Numbered from the stretch's first letter, positions 17,053 through 27,200 are shown. The stretch is DNA of 64,000 bases from Thermoplasmata archaeon (GCA_023140195.1 JAGLME010000014.1:17656-81655); one strand, 5' to 3'. A program made the numbers and translations. Notes: generated by a model from the sequence alone, not told the origin.

Positions 17053-17943
17053 GTGGTCATGGCCGTCAAGAAGAAGATCGTGATGTTAGGGGATAGCGCT
17101 GTTGGCAAGACTAGCTTGATCAGACGCTTTGTGTTCGACAAGTTCGATGATGCCTATATATCGACAATAGGCAGCAAGGTCACCAAGAAGGAGATGGTGA
17201 TTCCCAAGGATGGCAAGGAGACCGACCTGAGGCTCATGATATGGGACGTCCTGGGGAGAGAGGGCTACACCGCAACACACTCCAGGACCTTTGCGGGCGT
17301 TCACGGTGCGATACTCGTTTGCGATATGACCCGGAGGGAGACGCTGAAGACCCTTGAACGGTATTGGATACCACTGCTCTTCGATGTCGTGGAGCACGTT
17401 CCGCTGATCTTTGCCTGCAACAAGAACGATCTGTCCGCTGATTCCGCTTTTGAGCAGGACGACCTCATTTCAATCGCATCAAGGTACAATTCGGGGTTCA
17501 AGAAAGAGCTTCCAGCCAATCTCACAACTTGTTTTTCGACCAGTGCCAAGACCGGGGAGAATGTAGAGAGCGCCTTCGAAAGCCTGGGGCATATGGTACT
17601 TGCCAAGGGGATACCTGATGACCCGATAAAGGACCTCTATGAGAGCTTGGTGGCAATGGGTAAGCACAGGCAGACGGACACCGGTACTCCTGTGGGAGCT
17701 CTTGATGCCATCATAGTCGATTTCTGTGACGATTTCAAGGATGATCGGGTGGCCATGTCTCTTCTTCGTCAGGAGATTGTCAGAGCCGGCATAGACATCA
17801 GAAGTCCGTCGAAGGAAGGTCTTCTGAAGGTTGCCGAGTACCTGGCTGAAGCTGGGGCTGAGTTCCAGGACGAGAAGACTGTTCTGGCAAACAGGGACAA
17901 GTGGATGAATCTGGCAAGGAATGTGAAAGACCAGTCGGGCTAG
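17053..17943 (+). CDS. Ras/Rab-like small GTPase with ~120-aa C-terminal helical extension
   Basis: G1 GDSAVGKT, switch I YISTIGSKV, G3 WDVLGRE, G4 CNKNDL, G5 SAKTGENV. No C-terminal Cys. GTG 17053 or ATG 17059. Confidence 0.85.
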   Translation: MVMAVKKKIVMLGDSAVGKTSLIRRFVFDKFDDAYISTIGSKVTKKEMVIPKDGKETDLRLMIWDVLGREGYTATHSRTFAGVHGAILVCDMTRRETLKTLERYWIPLLFDVVEHVPLIFACNKNDLSADSAFEQDDLISIASRYNSGFKKELPANLTTCFSTSAKTGENVESAFESLGHMVLAKGIPDDPIKDLYESLVAMGKHRQTDTGTPVGALDAIIVDFCDDFKDDRVAMSLLRQEIVRAGIDIRSPSKEGLLKVAEYLAEAGAEFQDEKTVLANRDKWMNLARNVKDQSG

Positions 17944-18007
17944 AAGGATATGTTTTCCACTGGGGAGCAAATTATATAGAAGAATTCAGATGGCGTGATG
18001 GAGAACG

Positions 18008-20974
18008 ATGCTGGACATCCATTTTGAGCCAGAGATGGTTGGACGTGAAGAAGATCTCGAAGAGCTTCAGGCCTACGTGGAGATGGCATCTGACGGTTTT
18101 GGAAGTACGGTCCTACTCTCCGGAGAAGCTGGCATCGGAAAGACTAGGCTGATTGAGGAAGTTAAGGATTACGCTCAGTCAAAGGGCTTCCAAGTCCTTT
18201 CCGGATATAGTCTGTATGAATCTCTGACACCGTACATGCCCTTCATGGATGTCCTGAGGTCAGGCGGCCTGGACAATCTCTTCGCAGAGCAGTCCCCAAT
18301 GATCGAGGGCGTGTATCTGGTGACCAAGACCGGTCTTCTGATCCAGGAGATCATTAGAGAGGAGACCGAGCTTGACCCTGATCTTTTCGCATCCATGCTG
18401 ACCACCGTTGGTGACTTTGTCAGGGATACTCTCTCTCAGCTCAGGGGCGAGGAGACATTGGACTCGCTCAACAAACTTGGTTATGGTGACTACACAATCC
18501 TCATCGAGAGCGGCGAGAGCACATATCTAGCTGCGATCATCACTGGGGAAGAGAACGAGTTCCTCATAAACGACATGAGGGACAGTCTGATCATTGTTGA
18601 CAGAAGATATGGCCAAGTGTTAGACAGATGGGATGGGGACGAAGAGAAGGTGAAGGGAATTGGAGGCATCTTGAGTCCTCTGATTTCTTCAGGGAAGTAC
18701 GATGGCGTGTATCATGGCCGAGATGACCCTAGGTCACGGCGGAACCTTCTTTTTGAGAATGTATCTCTGGGCCTGCAAAGGCAAGCACAGATGAGGCCTA
18801 CCCTGTTGTGTCTGGAGGATCTCCAGTGGGCAGACCCATCTTCTTTGGCTTTGATGCATTACGTCGCCAGGAACACAAGGAAGCATAAGCTTCTGATTTT
18901 GGGCACATATCGTCCAGAGGACATCTTGGTCAAAGAAGGAGAATATCATCCCCTTGTCGATACGATGCAGTTGATGGGCAGGGAGGAGTTGTTCAAGAAG
19001 TTGGACCTTGGACGATTGCCAGAAGAGAGCATGACCGAATTCCTGTCCTCCATGTTGGGCAAGGTGGGATTAGGCGAGGAGTTCCAGCTCAGGATTTACG
19101 AAGAGACCGAAGGGAATCCGCTTTACATAATAGAGCTCACGAAATTGCTGATCGATGAGGGAATTCTGGAGAAGTTTGATGAAATCTGGGTGCTTCGCAA
19201 GGGTTGGGAAGAGGTAAACATACCTTCGAAAATCTGTGATGTGATTGTGAGGAGGCTTAACAGAGTTGAGACGGGGGATCGCAGGGTGTTGGACTATGCT
19301 TCTGTTGTGGGTGATGTCTTTGCATCAGATACCCTGTCAAAAGCTCTGAAATTGGAGAAGGTGCATCTCCTGGAGCGTCTCAGGGTACTCGAGAAGTCCC
19401 ACGGGCTTGTACACTCACAGGACGGTGCATTCAAGTTTGACCATGCGAAGGTGAGAGAAGTCCTCTATGGCGAGATTCCACATGAGCTAAGAATGGAGTA
19501 TCATGCAATAGTAGCCGACTCGATCGAGATGGTGAATAGTGCAAATCTGGACGAAGTGATTGGGGATCTAGCATTCCATTACTATCACTGCAAGAACAAG
19601 GAGAAGGCCACGACCTATCTGGTCAGGGCCGCTAGGAAAGCGATGGAAGAATACTCGAACGACGAAGCGATTAGATTCTTCACCGAAGCACAAGGCGTTG
19701 AAGATGACACGGACAAGAGGAAGGACATCCTGGAGGAACTTGGTTCGGTCTACGAGCTAATCGGGGACCTCAACGGGGCCTTGAAGACGTACAATGATGC
19801 ACTTGAACTGGCCAGGGACCCTAGAGCAAGAGCCGCGATCCTTACAGGGATTGGTGGCACACTTGAACGTCAGGGTCAGTATGACAGTGCAATCGGCACC
19901 TACATCGAAGCACTTGATTTGGTGAGGGGTGAAGGATGCAGGGAAGAAGCATATGCGATCGCGGGAATAGGAATTGTGCATTGGAGCCTCGGAGAGTATG
20001 ACAAGGCCCTGGAGTACTATACCAACTCTCTTGAGATAATGAGGGCCATAGGTGATAAACGGGGAATCGCCGACAGCCTCAATAATTTGGGCAACCTCCA
20101 TGTTCAGAGGGGAGACTATCGACAAGCTCTAGAGAACTATCAGGAGAATATGGAAATCAGGGAGAACACTGGTGATCTAAGGGGTGCCGCGCATGCTCTC
20201 AGCAACATCGGTGCGATTCACCTACACAAAAGTGAATTCGACGACGCCCTTGAGAAGTTCGAAGAGACCCTCCGAATCCTCGACAGGATCGGAGATCAGC
20301 TGGGCATCGCATATTCCCTGAACAACATAGGCGTCATACACGAAACCAGAAGCGAATACGAAGAGGCACTGGAGAACTACCGGAAGAGCCTGGAGTTAGT
20401 GGAGAAGATTGGCGATCAACAGGTTGTCGCATCCACTCTTCATAACATCGGCCTAATATGCAAGTACACCGGGAAGTACGACGAGGCCCTTGAACAGTAC
20501 AAGAAGAGCCTGGAGATATGTAAGAAGATAGGCCTTCAGGTGGGCTTGGCTTTCAACTATTGCGGCATCGCTGAGGTTCACTTCATGAAGAATGAACTGC
20601 AAAAGGCAATGGACTTTTGCAGTCGCGGATTAGAACAGTCCGAGGAAATTGGCGTGAAGGAGTACATCTCTGATTCGAAGAGGATTTTGGGGATGATTTT
20701 CCGAGAGACGAGCAGGTGGGAAGAGGCCGCAGAGAACTTCAGGGAAAGTGTCGATATATGCAAGGAGATAGGAAGGGAGAAGGAGCTCGGGAAGTCATAC
20801 TACGAATTCGGGTTGATGTGGGCACGGAAAGGAGACACCCAGAATGCCCGAGCAAATCTGGACAATGCAATTGAGATATTTCAGAAGCTGAAGCTCGGCA
20901 GGGAACTCCAGAGTGCAAGGGAAGCCCTAAGTGACCTAACCGAGTCTGAACGAACTTCCGCCGAATCTCTATGA
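18008..20974 (+). CDS. STAND/AAA_16-type P-loop NTPase with inserted alpha/beta domain and about 10 TPR units
   Basis: Walker A GEAGIGKT (aa 39-46) and Walker B region LLCLEDLQWAD (aa 266-276), with a ~120-aa insert between them. The C-terminal half is made of 40-residue TPR_12-like units (GDxxxALxxYxxxLEI). Confidence 0.85.
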   Translation: MLDIHFEPEMVGREEDLEELQAYVEMASDGFGSTVLLSGEAGIGKTRLIEEVKDYAQSKGFQVLSGYSLYESLTPYMPFMDVLRSGGLDNLFAEQSPMIEGVYLVTKTGLLIQEIIREETELDPDLFASMLTTVGDFVRDTLSQLRGEETLDSLNKLGYGDYTILIESGESTYLAAIITGEENEFLINDMRDSLIIVDRRYGQVLDRWDGDEEKVKGIGGILSPLISSGKYDGVYHGRDDPRSRRNLLFENVSLGLQRQAQMRPTLLCLEDLQWADPSSLALMHYVARNTRKHKLLILGTYRPEDILVKEGEYHPLVDTMQLMGREELFKKLDLGRLPEESMTEFLSSMLGKVGLGEEFQLRIYEETEGNPLYIIELTKLLIDEGILEKFDEIWVLRKGWEEVNIPSKICDVIVRRLNRVETGDRRVLDYASVVGDVFASDTLSKALKLEKVHLLERLRVLEKSHGLVHSQDGAFKFDHAKVREVLYGEIPHELRMEYHAIVADSIEMVNSANLDEVIGDLAFHYYHCKNKEKATTYLVRAARKAMEEYSNDEAIRFFTEAQGVEDDTDKRKDILEELGSVYELIGDLNGALKTYNDALELARDPRARAAILTGIGGTLERQGQYDSAIGTYIEALDLVRGEGCREEAYAIAGIGIVHWSLGEYDKALEYYTNSLEIMRAIGDKRGIADSLNNLGNLHVQRGDYRQALENYQENMEIRENTGDLRGAAHALSNIGAIHLHKSEFDDALEKFEETLRILDRIGDQLGIAYSLNNIGVIHETRSEYEEALENYRKSLELVEKIGDQQVVASTLHNIGLICKYTGKYDEALEQYKKSLEICKKIGLQVGLAFNYCGIAEVHFMKNELQKAMDFCSRGLEQSEEIGVKEYISDSKRILGMIFRETSRWEEAAENFRESVDICKEIGREKELGKSYYEFGLMWARKGDTQNARANLDNAIEIFQKLKLGRELQSAREALSDLTESERTSAESL

Positions 20975-20990
20975 AGCAAACCCGCGTGGA

Positions 20991-21299
20991 TTATTTTCTC
21001 GATGTGAACAGAATAACGACCCCGTTTGGAGCTTGCGGTCCGCCGAGATTTATGTTCGCCTGTTTGTTGGACGTGGACTCCAATGGCAGAGTCACTGGTG
21101 CACTTCCTTGATGGGGGCCACCCTGTGGAATGACCACCAGTCCCGCCGGATAATCATTCTGATCCACTGTCATATTGCCCGCGGCGTGATTCTCTACCGG
21201 AACAACGCATGGGAATCCTGTCTCTGGTGGCAATGGCGTCACACTAGCATATCCGTCCTCATCGATATTCTGAAAAGGTACGACTCCTGCATCTGGCAT
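20991..21299 (-). CDS. hypothetical Pro/Gly-rich protein
   Basis: ATG at 21299 is preceded by GGGAGGTGA at optimal spacing. 102 aa with no recognisable motif. Confidence 0.45.
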   Translation of the reverse strand: MPDAGVVPFQNIDEDGYASVTPLPPETGFPCVVPVENHAAGNMTVDQNDYPAGLVVIPQGGPHQGSAPVTLPLESTSNKQANINLGGPQAPNGVVILFTSRK

Positions 21300-21372
21300 T
21301 CTTATCACCTCCCTCTTGTAATCGATGACCGCGAAAAGAGTATAAAAGGGATTCGGTCATCTCACTGGATAC

Positions 21373-23559
21373 TCACAGCTCAGAGTATTTCTTCCATTCC
21401 TCCAAGATCCTCTCTTTGGTCTTGAGGCTCAACTTCTGAAGTTCAAGGGCGCTGTCATGCGCACCGACTTCGTACAACACATACCCCAGCTGATTAAGGA
21501 CCCTGGCAATCTCCTCTTTATCTGCCTCTTGTCTCGCGATCTTCAGATCTTTCATCAAGTATCCGACAGCCTTCTCAAATCTCCCCTTCCTGGCCATTAT
21601 GGATCCAATTCCCCCCAGTATCCTCGCCGCCTCCATTGTTTCGCTATCCTTGCCGATGGTCGACAGTGCCTTCAGGTAAGCTTTCAGTCCGTCCTCGAAT
21701 TCTCCGATGCTTCTGTGGATCGAACCGATCTTACGCCCGCACCTCGCCGCCCCTTCGCCGTCCCCCACCTCTTCGTGAAAAACCCTGCCTTCCTCATACT
21801 TGGCAATGGCATCGTCCAAGTGCCCCTTCGTCCAGAAAATGTCTCCCTCCCTCTCTGTGAGGATTGCCTTCTCTTCTGCGTTCAGGATCTTAGGGTCGAA
21901 CTCCATGAGAAGCGCCAGCATCTCATCGTCAAACCCGCTCTTGATGAGTCTCTCGCCGATATCTCTAAGATATCTGGCTGCCCAGGAATGGTTGCCGGAG
22001 ACAAGAAGATGATGAATTCCCTCTATCTGGAGTATCTCGTCCTCCTCCCTAAGCAAACCCTCTGACGCCCAGAAGTGATATCTATCCTTCTCTTGGGGAG
22101 TCAACATCGACAGGAAGGGCTTGCGTATCATCTCATGTACCTTGACCCGCCCGTCTTCAAGCGTTATAATCAGCATCCTCTTCTTCAGGGCGAGATACGT
22201 TTCGATGCCCATCGTTTCGTCAAAGAACAATCTCGAGGTCTGAACCGGGTTCTCATACACCGAAGCGATCTTCATCATCTGCTTCTCCTTCGGCTCCAGT
22301 TCCGAGTAGATCTCCTCCTCGATGAACTGGTCGACGTACCTCAATCTTGGCTCTGGACCTATCGTGGGAACTGAGGAGATTAGCTCCAAGAACAAGGGGT
22401 GACCCTGGGTGGCAGTGTATATCTCATCAAACATGCCAAATTCATCCAAGTCATTCCCGAGTAGGTCCTTGCTGCTCATCTTGTCCAATCCCAGCAGCTG
22501 AATCTCCTCCACCGTGTGATTCACTTCCACTTCCTTGCGATCGTAGAAAGGTGCGGTCTCCCTCGTCATCACAACTATCGCAAGCTCACTCTTCTCTTTG
22601 AAGACGGGCAATAGCTGACGGAAGAAATCCACTGTTTCATCGTTCGCTTTCTGGAAATCGTCAAAGAACAACACGGCTCTATCTGCGTCGATATCGTCTC
22701 TGAGCGCTGACCTCACATCCTTCATGTCCAGGTCTTTTTCTGCTCTCAGATACTTGCTCAGATTTCTGGATCCCATTGCCTCTAGGAACCGTGAGAGCTC
22801 ATTCAGGAGACCCCAAAGGCTATGCCATTTACGAAACTCGTACCAGAAAACGCTTCTCTTCTTCTTGACCTCGGAGCAGACCTTTGATGCGAGTGCCGTT
22901 TTGCCGATTCCTGCAATCCCCTGGATGACCACTATTCTCCCCCTCTCGATTCCGGTCAGGATAGCCTTCTTCTCAACTTCCCTGCCGCAGAACCTCTCCG
23001 GCCTCGGGCTTGTCCTAGAGAAATCCACAGGGCGGGATTCCGGCCTTCGGGCTCTTCTCCTCAGAAGACTAGGATCCAGTACATCGCTCGTTTCCAGTTC
23101 GTCTACCAGCTGGACCAAGGACACATTTCCTGCCGACTCAACAATGTCTGATATCTTTCCTTCTGAGATTCTTCCATCCAAATCGAAGTATCGAATCTCC
23201 TCGGAGAGCAAGGAGTTCTTGAGGCTGGTTGCGCTCGAGAGACCTTCCATCTCCAGTGAGTACACCTTCCTCTTCCTCTTCCCCCCGCTTATTCGGGAGG
23301 ATCGCTCTGCAACCAGTTCCTCCTCCAGCAGTGGTTTCATGTACTGTCTGAAGTGGGACGGCAGGATGCCAATACCTTCCGAAATGCCGGTCTGAGTTAT
23401 GTCCTCAGGCGCCTCATGATCGTCAGCCGAGGAACGGTTCTCCAAGAGATACAGCTGTATTTTCTCCTTTGTCGTAAGGATGCGCCTCAGAACCCACTCC
23501 TCCAGTACAAACCTCATGCTGAGAGCCATAAATATCTTTTTGGGAGCAAATGGCTCCAT
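21373..23559 (-). CDS. wHTH - P-loop NTPase (ORC/STAND-like) - TPR protein
   Basis: N-terminal winged-helix-like segment, Walker A GIAGIGKT, Walker B LFFDDFQ, C-terminal TPR units (GHLDDAIAKYEEG..., IGEFEDGLKAYLKAL...). Confidence 0.85.
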   Translation of the reverse strand: MEPFAPKKIFMALSMRFVLEEWVLRRILTTKEKIQLYLLENRSSADDHEAPEDITQTGISEGIGILPSHFRQYMKPLLEEELVAERSSRISGGKRKRKVYSLEMEGLSSATSLKNSLLSEEIRYFDLDGRISEGKISDIVESAGNVSLVQLVDELETSDVLDPSLLRRRARRPESRPVDFSRTSPRPERFCGREVEKKAILTGIERGRIVVIQGIAGIGKTALASKVCSEVKKKRSVFWYEFRKWHSLWGLLNELSRFLEAMGSRNLSKYLRAEKDLDMKDVRSALRDDIDADRAVLFFDDFQKANDETVDFFRQLLPVFKEKSELAIVVMTRETAPFYDRKEVEVNHTVEEIQLLGLDKMSSKDLLGNDLDEFGMFDEIYTATQGHPLFLELISSVPTIGPEPRLRYVDQFIEEEIYSELEPKEKQMMKIASVYENPVQTSRLFFDETMGIETYLALKKRMLIITLEDGRVKVHEMIRKPFLSMLTPQEKDRYHFWASEGLLREEDEILQIEGIHHLLVSGNHSWAARYLRDIGERLIKSGFDDEMLALLMEFDPKILNAEEKAILTEREGDIFWTKGHLDDAIAKYEEGRVFHEEVGDGEGAARCGRKIGSIHRSIGEFEDGLKAYLKALSTIGKDSETMEAARILGGIGSIMARKGRFEKAVGYLMKDLKIARQEADKEEIARVLNQLGYVLYEVGAHDSALELQKLSLKTKERILEEWKKYSEL

Positions 23560-23633
23560 TTACATGATTCCCATCACCCCTGTCCTGATAATGCTCCAAA
23601 CTCCGTGTTCATAGTACCTACTACGATTCCCTT

Positions 23634-23966
23634 ATGTATCTCGGCTTAGAGAGGGGTTGCTACGCGCAGCTCAGGGCAGTTGAGAGGCATGCCTTGGGCT
23701 CGCGATCAAAGAAAAAGGGGAGGAGGGCCATTTCGCCCGGAATAAGAATCAAGGAAGTTGGCGAGTTTGGCGGGACGGGACCCAACGGTTTCGGACCCGA
23801 GTCCAGGAACCTCGAGTCCCTGAGAGGGCTTATTCAGAGGCTTGAGATGTACGAAGAGACCCGGATCACGAGACAAGGAAGCGAGGAGGAGTGCTTCGTC
23901 CTTGCACTGAGAAAGTGGCTGGACGGAGATGATCGCGCAATCGACGAGTGGCTGAGCATACTCTAA
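23634..23966 (+). CDS. hypothetical protein (weak call)
   Basis: The only sizeable ORF in an otherwise ~690-nt gap. The C-terminal half looks helical (LESLRGLIQRLEMYEE...FVLALRKWLDGDD). The true start may be an internal ATG. Confidence 0.3.
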   Translation: MYLGLERGCYAQLRAVERHALGSRSKKKGRRAISPGIRIKEVGEFGGTGPNGFGPESRNLESLRGLIQRLEMYEETRITRQGSEEECFVLALRKWLDGDDRAIDEWLSIL

Positions 23967-24045
23967 CCCGATGTCACGTCACTAAGGGGAAGAAGTTCCG
24001 CATGTCGCGTCCGTATGGGGGGAACGAGGCATGCCGGGTTCCGCC

Positions 24046-24081
24046 CACCATCAAATGGTCCTCTGTGCCCCTGTCCAACGA
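24046..24081 (+). promoter_or_regulatory. conserved upstream element shared by the two BNR surface-protein genes
   Basis: CACCATCAAATGGTCCTCTGTGCCCCTGTCCAACGA versus CACCATCAAATGGTCCTCCGTACCCCTGTCCAGCAA at 28423-28458. Both lie about 55-60 nt (end of element to box) upstream of a TTAAGTA box. Confidence 0.4.
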
Positions 24082-24252
24082 TAAACTCCATTATACGTCA
24101 AATTGTTGCGAATTCCGGCTAAATCACGCTAACCTTAAGTACGTCCTCGGAAATCATTGATGGATGCCTTAACCTCAGAGGTACGCCAAGAACGGTATGA
24201 GGAGGGTCGTGTCTTGAGTTTGAGGTTCTCAATACATAATGGGAGAAATCGG

Positions 24253-27200
24253 ATGATGAAGAAAACTTTGAGTTCTGTGAGCGAGCCTGAAAGAATTTGG
24301 AAATACCGCGGATTTGCCCTCATTGTATTTGCCGTTCTTGTGACATCTGCAATGGGAGTTCTCGTGAGCTCCTTCGCCGCCTTTGCGGGTCAAACAGAGA
24401 CCGCCAACGGTCTTCCCGAGATGGAAGCTCTGGGTGATGATTGGCCGGAGCCCACTGGAGCTCTTGGAAGCGGATGGATAGCTGACCAGTTGGCCGAAGG
24501 TTTATCCAATGATGCTGCGTCCCCGTCAATAACGACCGGACCTGGTGGCACGTTGCATGCCGCCTACGAAAGTTTCTCGGTCGCCGCTGGGTACCAGATC
24601 GCTTACACTAATTCGACCGACGGTGGAACCACTTGGAATCCTATCGGTTTGGCTGGATATAATGTCGAAGACGACTTGAATCCCGACATCGCGGTATCTC
24701 CCGCCGATGGTAGGATCTTCGTTGCCTTTGAACGCCACGTCTTATTACAGGATGTTGACTTGCACATTGCCTATTCTGACGACGGAGTCACCTGGACACA
24801 GGTGGTGATCGATCCGGGTGTGACCGAGTATATTAATCCCAGTATAGTTGTCGAACACAATCAGGGGGCCACGTATAACGTGTATGTGGCCATTGAGGAG
24901 TTTTTCGGTGATCCCGACAACGTAAACATCCATCTCTTTCGGAGCACCGACCAAGGAGTATCCTACACAGAGCAATTATACCTCGGTTCCCCCCCGGACC
25001 CCAGCGTGTACACCGACCCTGACCTAGCGTATCAGCGTGGTCCTGACTTGATCGATCGTTTGTACATGGTGTACGCCTATGGTAATGACGCTGTAGACAC
25101 GCAGAATATCGGTCTACTGTGGTCGGAAGATAGGGCGGGAACATTTTCGGCGACCACTGTGCGTCTAGACACCGCTCTAGTGTACTATCCGACGATAGCC
25201 GCTTCCCGCGATGGGGACACAATCTTGACGGCCTGGCAGGTGAACACAGTTGGGGATTATCTGATTCGTTATGCCTATCAACTGGATACGACCAATCCTG
25301 GGGCAGTCTGGAACTTCGCCAGCAGAGACAGTCTTGGCGCCAATGACTATGCGCCCAAGTTGTCAGTTGATGGGGAGGGGACAACGTCGGACGCGATCGC
25401 AGGTAACTACCACCTCATCTGGACGGTCGGCACTGGTTTCAATTACTTGAACTACACCTCCAGATCGACGGCCTTGGATATAGACCCCTGGACGGCAATC
25501 GAGACCATTGATGACCTGGTCAGCGGACCGTCTGTGTTTCTACCGGTGAAAGGTCTTACGACTCAGAACAGGGATGGAACTTGGTATCCAGCCGCCGTCT
25601 GGACGGATTCTCGATCTGGCGGTTCTGACGACATCTACTATGTGACACCCGGCATGCGCTCGACGGTGGATGCAGTTCCTGGAACTCGTGTACTCGACGT
25701 TGACGGAGTCCTCTTTGCCGATCCTCGGACATTCGACTGGCCTGCAGGAACCCTGCACGATATCTTCGCTCCTTCTCCACAGGCTGGAGCTCCTGGTCAG
25801 CAGTTCGCCTGGAACAGCTGGAGCGATGCTGGGGCCCAGTTGCACACCGTTACCGCGACGACAACGGACGCGACCTACACGGCCCAGTTCTCTGTCCAAT
25901 ATGAAGTCGTCCTGGACACTTCCCCAACCGGATTGAAAGCCTGGGTTGACGGGATGGAAGTTTCCACACCGCTGGCGTACTGGTGGGACGATGGAAGCCT
26001 CCATGATCTTGACGTGACTTCGCCTCAACCTGGCCCTATCCCGCTACAGAGGTACGTCTGGAACAGCTGGAGCGATGCCGGTCCTCAGTCCCATCAGATA
26101 TCAGTAACAATGGCTGATACGATTACAGCCAACTTCGGCTTGGAGGACGAGATGACGATAGAAGCCTGGGACCAGACGAACTTGGTACCACTGCCGGATG
26201 TTCCCGTCTACATAGACGGACCACAGGTAGGGATCACTCCACATGTAGCTTGGCTCAATAACGGACAGATGTATGATATCGGCGTACAGGATCCATACAA
26301 TGACGGTGTCAACGACTACAACTTCGTCGACTGGGATTTCGGTCTCACTGCGAATCCGGCTCCAGTTACCGGATGGGGATCTATCATTGCCAATTATGAC
26401 GAGGCACCCCCGACCGCATTCTCCCTCGAGGTTGCACCATTGACGAGAACAATAAACCCTGGAGACATGACAACAACGTTCACCATTACCCTGAAGTCCC
26501 TGAGCGGATATGCGGGTGATGTCCTGTTGAGTGCCACTGCCCTTCCGGACACACTTTTGCTGCCAGCGGGTCCAGCGAGTGCGGCATTCTCGCCCAATCC
26601 AGCAACCGTTCCACTTGGAGGACAAGTAACATCTACATTGACCATCGACAACACTGCAACAGTTCCCGACGACATCTACACAATAACGGTCGTTGGCGTG
26701 GACACGGTATCAGCAGCAATATCTGACAGCAACGACACCGAGCTGATAGTAGTAACACCGACCTTTGACGTCACAGCCACGCCTCTGACGCTAACTAGAG
26801 GACCAGGTCAGGATGCAATCTACACTGTGACCGTGACATCTGTCAACGGCTATGAGGGGGACGTAGGCCTCAACGCAACGGCTCTCCCGGGTGGCCTACT
26901 ACCTCCAGGTCCAGGGATAGCGACCTTTGTGCCGAGTGTGGTCTCAGTTCCTCTCGCAGGAAGTGCACAATCAACTCTGACCATCAGCAATACTGGAGCT
27001 GTTTCTGATGCCACATACACAATCACCATCATCGGCGATGATCCGTCGGGCACAGACGCTTTCAATGTCGATCTGATCGTCACAACGGTTCCGTTCTTCA
27101 CAATGGATGCCACACCTGCGACACAACAGGTCTCACCCGGAGGAGTAGCCGCATACACGGTAACAATAACGTCTTACAATGCATACGTCGGAACAGTTGA

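Noticed and set aside
21033-21425. Plus-strand 130-aa ORF between the two STAND genes
   Set aside because: It overlaps the 3' end of 21373-23559 and the minus-strand ORF 20991-21299. The minus-strand ORF has a perfect GGAGGTGA site before its ATG, whereas the plus ORF has no such signal.
17053-23559. Interpretation of the two STAND/TPR NTPases as an Avs-like antiviral defence island
   Set aside because: No nuclease, protease, TIR, Sir2 or other effector-like domain, no mobile-element genes and no compositional break are visible. Association with a Ras-like GTPase and the shared docking-like domain favours signalling. This is not fully excluded and needs DefenseFinder/PADLOC.
23948-24160. Possible conserved upstream small ORF encoding ...TIKWSSVPLS..., because the two substitutions between the 24046 and 28423 copies are synonymous in that frame
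   Set aside because: In the second copy the frame is closed by TGA at 28379-28381, with no ATG/GTG/TTG start before the conserved peptide. Two substitutions are too few to infer purifying selection, so it is treated as a non-coding element.
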